Below are positions 47,635 to 55,968 of a DNA stretch of 64,000 bases, in pieces; positions within the stretch are counted from its first letter, which is position 1, and every line of letters begins with the position of its first letter. This DNA comes from a virus (lineage: Duplodnaviria; Heunggongvirae; Uroviricota; Caudoviricetes), in IMG/VR virus record IMGVR_UViG_3300010356_003454, positions 8,820-72,819 of that record, one strand, 5' to 3'. A model generated the notes under the pieces. The model worked only from the letters and a program-made list of their open reading frames with translations. It was not told the origin of the DNA and did not search any database. A program made the translations under genes and the position numbers.

Positions 47635-48540
47635 ATGAAATTCCAAAGTCTAAAAGAATGGATTAGCTTGAATGAGGGAGGGGAAGCAATTCCTAATTCC
47701 AGACCAATTACTTGGGATGAAGCTCAAGCTCTTTATTCATGGATTAAGAAATTGATGCCTTCTAAATTTGGTATTGAGCCGGAAGATTTAGAAGTAATAG
47801 GATCTTATGGAAAAAAGGTACAGGGAGAAACCCATGGGGACTTAGATATAGCAGTTTCCGTGGACTCCTTAGTTGAGAGAAACGGATTAGGGAAAGATCA
47901 GGTTTTGGACTTTGTAAATGATGCTCTTCTATCAATGGGATTTGAAACTAAGAAGATGCCAGGTTTTAAACAGGTTTCTGCTGGGATACCTATACCCGGA
48001 ACTTCTGATATAGCTCAAGTAGATTTCATGCTATCACCGGGACTCGAATGGTCTAAATTTGTTTATCATTCTCCCGATTTTCGAAGTGGAGAATCAAAAT
48101 ATAAGGGCGTTTATAGGAATGCTCTTCTGATGGCTATAATTACCGAATCATCTAAGGAAATATTAAAAAGAACTCCGGCAGGAGATGTCGAGGAGTTGGA
48201 AACTAATGTTATAAGATATCCAGAAGGAATTTGGAGAGCTCGAAAGAGCTTTATGGGAAAGAAGGGATTGGTGAAAACCGGACAGCTCCTAAGAGATTTT
48301 GATAAGTTTGTTACTATTAATCCCCAAGAGGTTACAGAATTAGCAGTAGGAAAGGGATATACTCCTCAGAGTATTAGCACTTTTGAGAGATTATGGCATA
48401 TAGTAACTCGAAGTAACTTTGTCCATTCAGATAAATTGGATGACATACTCCAGAAATTTGCAGTAAATCTAAAGAGTATGGGAATTCCTTATCCGGAAGA
48501 GGCTAAAGAAAAATATCCAGAAATATTTGAAGACATCTAA
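47635..48540 (+). CDS. Pol-beta superfamily nucleotidyltransferase
   Basis: IGSYGKK....HGDLDIAV plus third acid in QVDFM; ATG at 47635 gives the MKFQSLKEWISLNE leader. Confidence 0.8.
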   Translation: MKFQSLKEWISLNEGGEAIPNSRPITWDEAQALYSWIKKLMPSKFGIEPEDLEVIGSYGKKVQGETHGDLDIAVSVDSLVERNGLGKDQVLDFVNDALLSMGFETKKMPGFKQVSAGIPIPGTSDIAQVDFMLSPGLEWSKFVYHSPDFRSGESKYKGVYRNALLMAIITESSKEILKRTPAGDVEELETNVIRYPEGIWRARKSFMGKKGLVKTGQLLRDFDKFVTINPQEVTELAVGKGYTPQSISTFERLWHIVTRSNFVHSDKLDDILQKFAVNLKSMGIPYPEEAKEKYPEIFEDI

Positions 48541-48607
48541 TTAATCTACTAAATGCTCTCCTGATAATGGCTAAAAACTTTCAATAAATTTGGATATATA
48601 AAATAAA

Positions 48608-49474
48608 ATGTTTATAGATCCAAATTATTCCTTTCAATTGGAGATAAAAAATCCAGGTAGACTTAAATTATTACATGAAGTTTTAGACCCTAGTTTAAAA
48701 ATGGGAGATAGCGTGAATGTTCCGTGGTATTTCCTTAAAACCTCCTCTTTAAGATCAAATCATTTAAAATTAAAGTGCGATGATTGTGGAAATGTGTTTT
48801 CTAAAAAACTTTGTAATTTAGACCCCTCTAATAATATTCATTATTGTGGTTCATGCTTTCAAAAAGGAGAACGTCATTATAATTTTGGTGGGAGCATTCA
48901 TAAAAATTCAAAAATAGGCATTATTAATTGGCATGATAATAATGAAAATCCTGCTAGAAGAACCGGGGTCAGGAAAAAAATATCAAAAGCTAGAAAGGGG
49001 AAACCCTCTAATATGCTTGGAAAAAATCAATCAGAGGAGACAAAAAGAAAAATAAGTGATTCTAATAAAATTACAATGAAAAAAATGTGGGAAACCGGTA
49101 AATTGAATTATAAATCTAAATATGCCGATTCTAAAATAGAGGAATATAAAGGAATTCAATATCAAGGAAATTATGAACTGGATTTTTTAAAGGAAATGGA
49201 AAAATATGGTCTATTGAGTTTAATAGAAAGGGGACCTGTAATTGAATATATGGATTCGGCAGGAAAGAATAGATTATATTTGGTTGATTTTAAAATAAAG
49301 AATACAGATTTATTAATCGAGATTAAATCCTCCTATACAATTAAGATAAATAGTAAGAATAATCATTTGAAATTTGAATTCGCTAAAAAACATGGAAATT
49401 TTATTATAATTATAGATAAGGATTATTCAGATCTTCGTAAAAAAATTAATGAATATGGGATTTCAAAGTTTTAA
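48608..49474 (+). CDS. Putative homing endonuclease, PD-(D/E)xK (TnsA-like) with Zn ribbon and NUMOD3-like repeats
   Basis: CDDC..CGSC, SEETKRKIS, YQGNYE..YLVDF..LLIEIKSSY. Confidence 0.75.
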   Translation: MFIDPNYSFQLEIKNPGRLKLLHEVLDPSLKMGDSVNVPWYFLKTSSLRSNHLKLKCDDCGNVFSKKLCNLDPSNNIHYCGSCFQKGERHYNFGGSIHKNSKIGIINWHDNNENPARRTGVRKKISKARKGKPSNMLGKNQSEETKRKISDSNKITMKKMWETGKLNYKSKYADSKIEEYKGIQYQGNYELDFLKEMEKYGLLSLIERGPVIEYMDSAGKNRLYLVDFKIKNTDLLIEIKSSYTIKINSKNNHLKFEFAKKHGNFIIIIDKDYSDLRKKINEYGISKF

Positions 49475-51467
49475 AAACTGGTCAGCCGAAAATAATATAA
49501 AAGATAAAGGCATAACGGTTTTATATCCAGGAGGTTACAAACCTCTACATGGGGGTCACATTTCCATTATCCGTAAATATTCGGAATTGCCTGAAGTGAG
49601 TGAAATCCGCGTATTGATTGGTCCCGGGGTCAGAGATGGTATTGATCAGGATAGAGCTGCTAGAATTGCGGAGCGACTTACATCTGGTATTGATAAAGTT
49701 ATTGTTGAAAAAGTTCAGTGGCCTTCACCAGTATTAACAGCTTATAAAATTATAGGTGAAGCAGATCCTGGATATTATGCTCTTGCTGCATCTACAAAGG
49801 GAGATGACTATAAGAGAGTTCAGGACTTTGTAATGAAGCACTCCCCTGGACAGAAATTCTGCAGAGAGGAAGATGGAGTTTATGTTATAGAACTTCCTGT
49901 TAATGCAGAGCCATTAGTATTCTCCGGAAGGGATGATGAGCACGAAGGCGAGCCAATTTCTGCATCTATTCTTAGAAATGATATAGTCAATGATGATTTT
50001 GATAATTTTGTAGCAGGATATCCGGATTCTGATCCAGAAGATATTCAATATGTTTGGAGCGAATTAGCAGAAACTGTTATGAATGAATCCCAATTTACTT
50101 CTGGATCTCCAACAGTTTCTTCAATGGGTAATTATGATCGATCGCAGCCTGGCTATTATTATAGAAATATGCATATGATTGCAGATAGTGATGAAGGCGA
50201 GCCTGAAGATATTTCTGAGGGAGGAGCAGCTGGGCATCTTATGTCTCCTTGGGAAGCTACGGATATGACATTTGGTGAAATCCGCCAACTTATATGGGAT
50301 TCATTAGGTGGTAAGCTCCAAAATGTAACTGAAAAACTCGACGGGCAGAATATAATGGTCACTGTTAAGAATGGTAATGTATATCTTGCTAGAACTCAAA
50401 AGCAGATGAAGAATGGCGGGGAATTGGCTATGAGATGGGACGAGGTTTATGATTCTATGAGTGAGAAAACCCCGGATCATATTAAAAAGGCGTTCCAGCA
50501 AGCCATTAGCGACATCCAAACAGTTATGACTTATGGTAACATGGAAGAGCTCAATAAACTCTTTAAAAACGGCTCTAGATGGCTTAATATCGAGCTTTTA
50601 AACCCAGAGACAGAAAATATAGTGCCTTATGGAGAATTTCAGCTCAGGATTCATAATATCAGAGAGGTTGATGATAACGGGAAAGAGACTAATGTAATAT
50701 GGGAGGGAAAGGATCTGGATAAGATATTAGGTTATATCGATGAGGCTCAAAAAGATGATAATTTAGAAAAGATACACTTAATTAAGAAGACCAATTCCGT
50801 AAATTTTGAAAATATTAAGGATATGGAGAATATCCAAGAGGGGATCATCCGAAGTCTTCAGGTTCTTATGGATGAGAATCATTTGGATGATGAGAATAAT
50901 ATAGGAGATTATTTAGCCCAAGAAATTCGAACTTGGTTACAGGGACATATTAAGGATAGAGGAACAGTTGAAGAGCTAGTTCAGAGATGGGCTTATGGAA
51001 ATAAGTCAACAAATATAGCTCAAATAGTTAAGCAGGTTGAAGAAAAAGAGGGTAAATGGATTCGCGAACAGGATAAGAAAATAGATGACAAGATTGGTGA
51101 ATTGCTAGATCCCCTTATTGAGATATTTTCTCGAGTGGGAATTGCAGTTCTTCAGAACCTATCTGGGATAGCAGCCTCTAATAAGGATTCTGTTTCTAAA
51201 GGAATCAGAAAAAAAGCTGAACAGGCTATAAAGAATATTGAAGAATTTTCTAAGAAAGCTGAAGTTGAAGATATGGAGGATTTCCAGAAAAAGCTATATT
51301 ATCTGGAGACTCAATTACGTAGGATTGAACAAGCTGGAGGATTAGAGGGTATTGCTCCTGTAGAAGGTGTGGTTTTTGAATATAAAGGAAGGCTTTTTAA
51401 GCTGACCGGAATTTATCTTCCTATTCTTAAAATGATAAATTTCTTTCAATTCGGAAGGGATAATTAG
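49449..51467 (+). CDS. Fusion of HxGH (cytidylyltransferase-like) nucleotidyltransferase and RNA-ligase-like domain
   Basis: PGGYKPLHGGH..SASILR in the N-terminal domain; EGGAAGH..VTEKLDGQN..EGVVF...FKLTG (motifs I, IV, V) in the C-terminal domain. Confidence 0.7.
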   Translation: MNMGFQSFKNWSAENNIKDKGITVLYPGGYKPLHGGHISIIRKYSELPEVSEIRVLIGPGVRDGIDQDRAARIAERLTSGIDKVIVEKVQWPSPVLTAYKIIGEADPGYYALAASTKGDDYKRVQDFVMKHSPGQKFCREEDGVYVIELPVNAEPLVFSGRDDEHEGEPISASILRNDIVNDDFDNFVAGYPDSDPEDIQYVWSELAETVMNESQFTSGSPTVSSMGNYDRSQPGYYYRNMHMIADSDEGEPEDISEGGAAGHLMSPWEATDMTFGEIRQLIWDSLGGKLQNVTEKLDGQNIMVTVKNGNVYLARTQKQMKNGGELAMRWDEVYDSMSEKTPDHIKKAFQQAISDIQTVMTYGNMEELNKLFKNGSRWLNIELLNPETENIVPYGEFQLRIHNIREVDDNGKETNVIWEGKDLDKILGYIDEAQKDDNLEKIHLIKKTNSVNFENIKDMENIQEGIIRSLQVLMDENHLDDENNIGDYLAQEIRTWLQGHIKDRGTVEELVQRWAYGNKSTNIAQIVKQVEEKEGKWIREQDKKIDDKIGELLDPLIEIFSRVGIAVLQNLSGIAASNKDSVSKGIRKKAEQAIKNIEEFSKKAEVEDMEDFQKKLYYLETQLRRIEQAGGLEGIAPVEGVVFEYKGRLFKLTGIYLPILKMINFFQFGRDN

Positions 51468-51470
51468 CAT

Positions 51471-51872
51471 ATGAGAGCCAAATTCATCAGAGGAAATGAT
51501 CCTAAATCAGCTATGAGTATAGGAAGGGCTAATCTTAATTACTTTCAGAATAGCGTAAAATATTCTACCCCCTTTGAGCAACTATTAGGTGAGATGGTCT
51601 TTACTCACTTATTTCAGGATCATCAAATTCTGGAAAAAGCTGCTAAAATTTTGGGAGTGGAAGAAAATGAGGTTCGAATTGCATGTAATGAATACGATGA
51701 AGCTCTATCAGGAAGCGAAGTTGAACAGCATGCTGAAAGTCACGAATGGACATATTATAACGAGGACGAAACTGAAGAATACCAATTAATTCAGGCATCC
51801 ACTCTCGAAATCTATGTTGTCCATCGCGAGTATAATGATCTATTCCTGATGCTTCTAGGAGCAATATATTAG
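51471..51872 (+). CDS. Hypothetical protein with MRAKFIRGNDP...SIG leader
   Basis: Leader shared with 35216..35686. Confidence 0.65.
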   Translation: MRAKFIRGNDPKSAMSIGRANLNYFQNSVKYSTPFEQLLGEMVFTHLFQDHQILEKAAKILGVEENEVRIACNEYDEALSGSEVEQHAESHEWTYYNEDETEEYQLIQASTLEIYVVHREYNDLFLMLLGAIY

Positions 51873-51990
51873 GAATTTTAACAAAACTTTATCGAGTTTT
51901 GTGCATATATATTAAGACTTATAAGCCTTAATGGCCTAAAAAGCTAAGATAACTTAAAATTTTTAATTAACTAAAAAGATCTAAAAAGCT

Positions 51991-52995
51991 ATGAGTGATC
52001 AAGAAAACTACAATGCGTTCTTTAATCCCGATGTGGAAGTAAATGAACCAAAAGTCGGACAGGCGATTGAATACAATCCTACCGCCGCAAAAGGTAAAAA
52101 CAATGTTTACCAATCTATTATCAGGTTTATTCCCTGGTGGCAAAATCCAAAACACGGCTCTATTCAGGAAAAATGGGTATCATACTTAGTTGATCCCATC
52201 ACAAATCGTGGCCGTTATGTCGACTGCCCATCTTCAGTGGGCAAACCCTCTCCTCTACAGGATATTTTCTGGAAACTTAAGAAGAGCGAAAGCGTTCAGG
52301 AGCAGAAACTTGCTGACACATTCTCTCGCAGGCATTCCTATGCTTCCCTTATTCAGGTTATTCGTGACGAAAACGCTCCTGAACTCGAGGGAAAAATCCT
52401 CGTCTGGAGATATGGAGTTAAAGTATGGGAAAAGCTCAACGCAGAGCTTAAGCCTATCGTTCAGGGGGTTGAAAAGCATGATCCCTTTGATATTCTCAAT
52501 GGAAAGGCATTCGCCCTTGTAATTACCAAGGTATCTGGTTATAATAACTATGATCAGAGTAAATTCATCGACAAGAAGATTCCTCTTTGCTTGCCAGGTG
52601 AGAAGGACGGTAAGAAGGTTCTTAATCCTATCAACCAGTCAACAGATAAGAAAATGGTATTTGATTGGGTTAAGGATAATTCCCCAGACCTTGGAGACTA
52701 CTCATATAGGGAGTGGGATCAGGAGACCTATGATTATGTTAATCATGTTATCACTTCGGTAACTGGACAGGGAGCTGTTTCTCAAAAATATGATAGCATA
52801 GTAAATAGGGAAAAACCTGCAGCAAGTGCCCCATCAGCAGGCATTACCTCGTCTGAAATTTCAGTTGAAAATATTGACTTAGGTGGAGATGATTTAGGGA
52901 TTTCTGACTCTGGCATGCCAGATCTTGATCTTCCTGACCTTCCGGAGGTTGATGGAATCGGCGGAGATTTAGATGATATTATAGGTAATACCTGA
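51991..52995 (+). CDS. Single-stranded DNA-binding protein (gp32-like)
   Basis: YQSIIRFIP..YVDCPSS..VIRDE..PELEGKI.VW.YG..HDPFDILNGKAF..KVSGYNNYDQSKF; acidic C-terminal tail. Confidence 0.85.
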   Translation: MSDQENYNAFFNPDVEVNEPKVGQAIEYNPTAAKGKNNVYQSIIRFIPWWQNPKHGSIQEKWVSYLVDPITNRGRYVDCPSSVGKPSPLQDIFWKLKKSESVQEQKLADTFSRRHSYASLIQVIRDENAPELEGKILVWRYGVKVWEKLNAELKPIVQGVEKHDPFDILNGKAFALVITKVSGYNNYDQSKFIDKKIPLCLPGEKDGKKVLNPINQSTDKKMVFDWVKDNSPDLGDYSYREWDQETYDYVNHVITSVTGQGAVSQKYDSIVNREKPAASAPSAGITSSEISVENIDLGGDDLGISDSGMPDLDLPDLPEVDGIGGDLDDIIGNT

Positions 52996-52997
52996 TA

Positions 52998-54113
52998 ATG
53001 ACAGAAAATCTATTTGGTGGAATAACGGAAGGGATGACATTTGATTCATCCCTTTCGGATTCCCTAGATAAGAGCCTATCTCCAGAAGAATATAAGGGGC
53101 ATATACTTCATACTCTGGAATCACTTCTTAGGCAGAGGTTTGCTAATAATCCTGCCAAACAAAAAATCCATCCTCATACAGACAGGGTTACATTTTCGTG
53201 TCCCTATTGCGGGGACTCTATGCAGAGTGATTATAAGAAAAGGGGTAACGTAATTCTAAAAGGAAAATTCGCAGGATATTACAAATGTTTTAACTGCGGA
53301 GTTTTTAAACCCGTTACAGATTTCTTAGCAGATTATAAAATAAATGCCGAATTAGAACTTGTTAATTATCTCTCCTCGACAAAGACGGACTTCAAAAAAC
53401 AGTCCTATGGTAGCTATGATATTTCAGTATTAATAAATGCTCAATCTATAGAAGGGTATGCCATAGAAAGAGAGGAACTTAAACAGAAGTTTAACTTCGT
53501 AGAAGTATCCGGTACACCGATCTTATCTTGGTTAAGAGGACGTCTGCAATTTGAAGAGGAGAGATTTTTATATAATTATGATAAAAATTTCCTTGTAGTT
53601 CTTAATTTAACAAGGGGCGGAAAGATTCTGGGATTCCAGAGAAGAAATTTTGACAAGAGATTAGAGAAATATAATACTTATAATCTTCGAAAGATCTATG
53701 AAGAAATGGGAATTGATAAAGAGATTCCTGATGAAATAGATGCTATTTCTCAGATTTATAGGATTTCCGAAATAGATTTTAGTCGAAAGGTAACTCTTTT
53801 CGAAGGCCCTTTAGATGCATTTCTTTTTCAAAATTCAGTTGCCAATGCAGGTGCTTCAAAAGGATTTCCCATTGATATGCCTCTTCGATACTGGTATGAT
53901 GATGATCAGAAAGGAAGAGAAAAAGCTGTTCAAAAAATAGAACAGGGATCCGAAGTATTTTTATGGACTCGTTTCCGAAATCATATAGGCCTTCCTTGGA
54001 GAAAAAAATGGGATTTGAATGATGTGGTTATGTGGTTAAAAGAAAATGGAAAGAATAAGCCTATTTTTGATCTCTATTTCTCATCCGATCCTATGGATGC
54101 TTTAGACATATAA
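52998..54113 (+). CDS. DNA primase (gp61-like)
   Basis: FSCPYCGDS..YKCFNC zinc finger; TOPRIM LFEGPLDAFL and YDDD..G. Confidence 0.85.
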   Translation: MTENLFGGITEGMTFDSSLSDSLDKSLSPEEYKGHILHTLESLLRQRFANNPAKQKIHPHTDRVTFSCPYCGDSMQSDYKKRGNVILKGKFAGYYKCFNCGVFKPVTDFLADYKINAELELVNYLSSTKTDFKKQSYGSYDISVLINAQSIEGYAIEREELKQKFNFVEVSGTPILSWLRGRLQFEEERFLYNYDKNFLVVLNLTRGGKILGFQRRNFDKRLEKYNTYNLRKIYEEMGIDKEIPDEIDAISQIYRISEIDFSRKVTLFEGPLDAFLFQNSVANAGASKGFPIDMPLRYWYDDDQKGREKAVQKIEQGSEVFLWTRFRNHIGLPWRKKWDLNDVVMWLKENGKNKPIFDLYFSSDPMDALDI

Positions 54114-54125
54114 ATAAATAGAGAT

Positions 54126-54293
54126 ATGAAGAAGGGATTAAAAACAAAATTAGAATTTAGATTCGGAGCAGATGATGATGGTATGCCGGATCTTAATTTT
54201 GTTGTTCCTAATCCCCCTGAAAAGAAGAAGGCTGAAATAAGGATTATTAAGAAAAAGAAGAAATCTAAGAAAAAAAATTCAGAACTTTTTTAA
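54126..54293 (+). CDS. Small basic hypothetical protein (55 aa)
   Basis: Hand-read ORF MKKGLKTKLEFRFGADDDG...; stop 1 nt before the next ATG; absent from the track. Confidence 0.55.
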   Translation: MKKGLKTKLEFRFGADDDGMPDLNFVVPNPPEKKKAEIRIIKKKKKSKKKNSELF

Positions 54294-54294
54294 G

Positions 54295-54810
54295 ATGGAA
54301 GAGAATGCAGAAAATATAATTCCGACATCTTTTGATGAATTTATGAATCCCGAGCCTGAAACGACTAAGGATGGTAAATCAGAAAAGGAGACGCTAGATG
54401 ATAGATTTGCTAGGGAAAGAATTTCTTGGGGGGTTAAGGTAAAAAATATGTCAGCTAAACTCTCGAAGACTCTCCTAGTTGCAGAACTTATGACTGAGGT
54501 ATATACGGAGAGACAAATAGCATTAGAATATTATCATTATATTATATCTCTATTGGTAAAGATTAACAAGGCCTATAATAAATCATATTCTGAAAAATAT
54601 AAATTTTATTCTTATCAGTCTCAGGAGAGATTTCCTAACGAGACCTCTAAAAATATGAGAATTTTAGCAGAGCTGGCAGATCTTAAAGAGAAAAGAGAGA
54701 TATTAGATAATCATTCCAAATTTATGGAGGGTACTCTCCGAAGCATAGATCAAATTATATTCGGGATGAAAACTAGAGTGGATATTGAACAAATAGCGAG
54801 GGGAAAATAA
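54295..54810 (+). CDS. UvsY-like recombination mediator
   Basis: Helical; C-terminal L...KFMEGTLRSIDQ..FGMK.RVDIEQ resembles UvsY; upstream of UvsW. Confidence 0.5.
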   Translation: MEENAENIIPTSFDEFMNPEPETTKDGKSEKETLDDRFARERISWGVKVKNMSAKLSKTLLVAELMTEVYTERQIALEYYHYIISLLVKINKAYNKSYSEKYKFYSYQSQERFPNETSKNMRILAELADLKEKREILDNHSKFMEGTLRSIDQIIFGMKTRVDIEQIARGK

Positions 54811-55352
54811 TGGGGTGGTTAGAATATAGAGTTGATGGTCGGGTAGATATATCAGGCGGAGCATGTACGGAATTTCATGATATCTCTTATGGCTATGATA
54901 AGTATGACGTTGATTTAAAAAAAATCTTATGCGGAAAAACTATTGACCTCATTTCCAAAAAATATTTTATTGAAATTTTTGATGCTCAAATTGATCCATC
55001 AGTTAAAAAAGAGAGAAATAATGCTTCTCAATATATAGGTACTTCAATTATTAATAAATATGATCTTAATCATAGAAAAGAAATACCTTGCTTGAAAAGC
55101 ATTACTTTTGGTAAATTTAGGAATTCGGATAAAAAGCTTGCTGCTTTTTTTCATGAATTGGGACATTTTGCAATTTTACCGGAAAGCAATAACTGGAATA
55201 TCCTGAAATCAGAGCTTTTTGCTTCAATTATTGGGTTTCAAATAGCTAGGGACGAAGGGGTTAAAATTTCAAGAAGAGCGGAAATCTGGATTATGAAAGG
55301 CTTGATAAGTTATGTAAGAAAATTTGGAATTTTAACAAATGAAGATATTTAA
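54810..55352 (+). CDS. HExxH zinc-metallopeptidase-like protein
   Basis: AAFFHELGHF followed by E..AS. Confidence 0.55.
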   Translation: MGWLEYRVDGRVDISGGACTEFHDISYGYDKYDVDLKKILCGKTIDLISKKYFIEIFDAQIDPSVKKERNNASQYIGTSIINKYDLNHRKEIPCLKSITFGKFRNSDKKLAAFFHELGHFAILPESNNWNILKSELFASIIGFQIARDEGVKISRRAEIWIMKGLISYVRKFGILTNEDI

Positions 55353-55968
55353 CGGAATAATATATTGCGCTATTTCTCCTTCCGAGAAAAAATATTATGG
55401 GAAAACAGTTAGAACTTTAGCTGCAAGAAAAAGAGAGCATTCGAGAAATACAAACCACTGGGTATTTACAGATGCTTTAAGGAAGTATGGGGTAGATAAT
55501 TTTAAATGGATCATTATTGAATCCATAGAAGCTTATGATAGAAAGAGTCTTAAATATAAACTAGATGAAAGAGAAAAATATTGGATAGCTAAAGATAATA
55601 CACAAGATCGGGAATTTGGATATAATATGACAAAGGGGGGAGACGGAACTTTTGGTTATAGAAGAGAATTTTCGGAAGAGCATAAAAGAAAAATAAGTGA
55701 GGCATTAAGGGGGAAAAAATTATCTGAAGATCTGAAAAAAGAGATAAGCAATATCCTAAAGGGAAAGAAAAAAAGTAAAGAGGGGAGAATGAAGATGAGC
55801 AGAGCGAGAATGGGAATAATTTTTTCTGATGATCACTGTGAAAATATAAGAAAATCGAAAATGAGAGAAAAAAATCCTAATTGGGGAAAATCTAGATCCG
55901 AAGAAACAAAAATAAAGATATCCGAGTCTAATAAAGAAACTTGGCGATTATTCAGGAGAAAAATATGA
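55339..55968 (+). CDS. GIY-YIG homing endonuclease (GIY-YYG variant) with NUMOD3-like repeats
   Basis: GIIYCAISPSEKKYYGKT..ALRKYG.DNF..GYNMTKGG; paralog of 33809..34531. Confidence 0.85.
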   Translation: MKIFNGIIYCAISPSEKKYYGKTVRTLAARKREHSRNTNHWVFTDALRKYGVDNFKWIIIESIEAYDRKSLKYKLDEREKYWIAKDNTQDREFGYNMTKGGDGTFGYRREFSEEHKRKISEALRGKKLSEDLKKEISNILKGKKKSKEGRMKMSRARMGIIFSDDHCENIRKSKMREKNPNWGKSRSEETKIKISESNKETWRLFRRKI

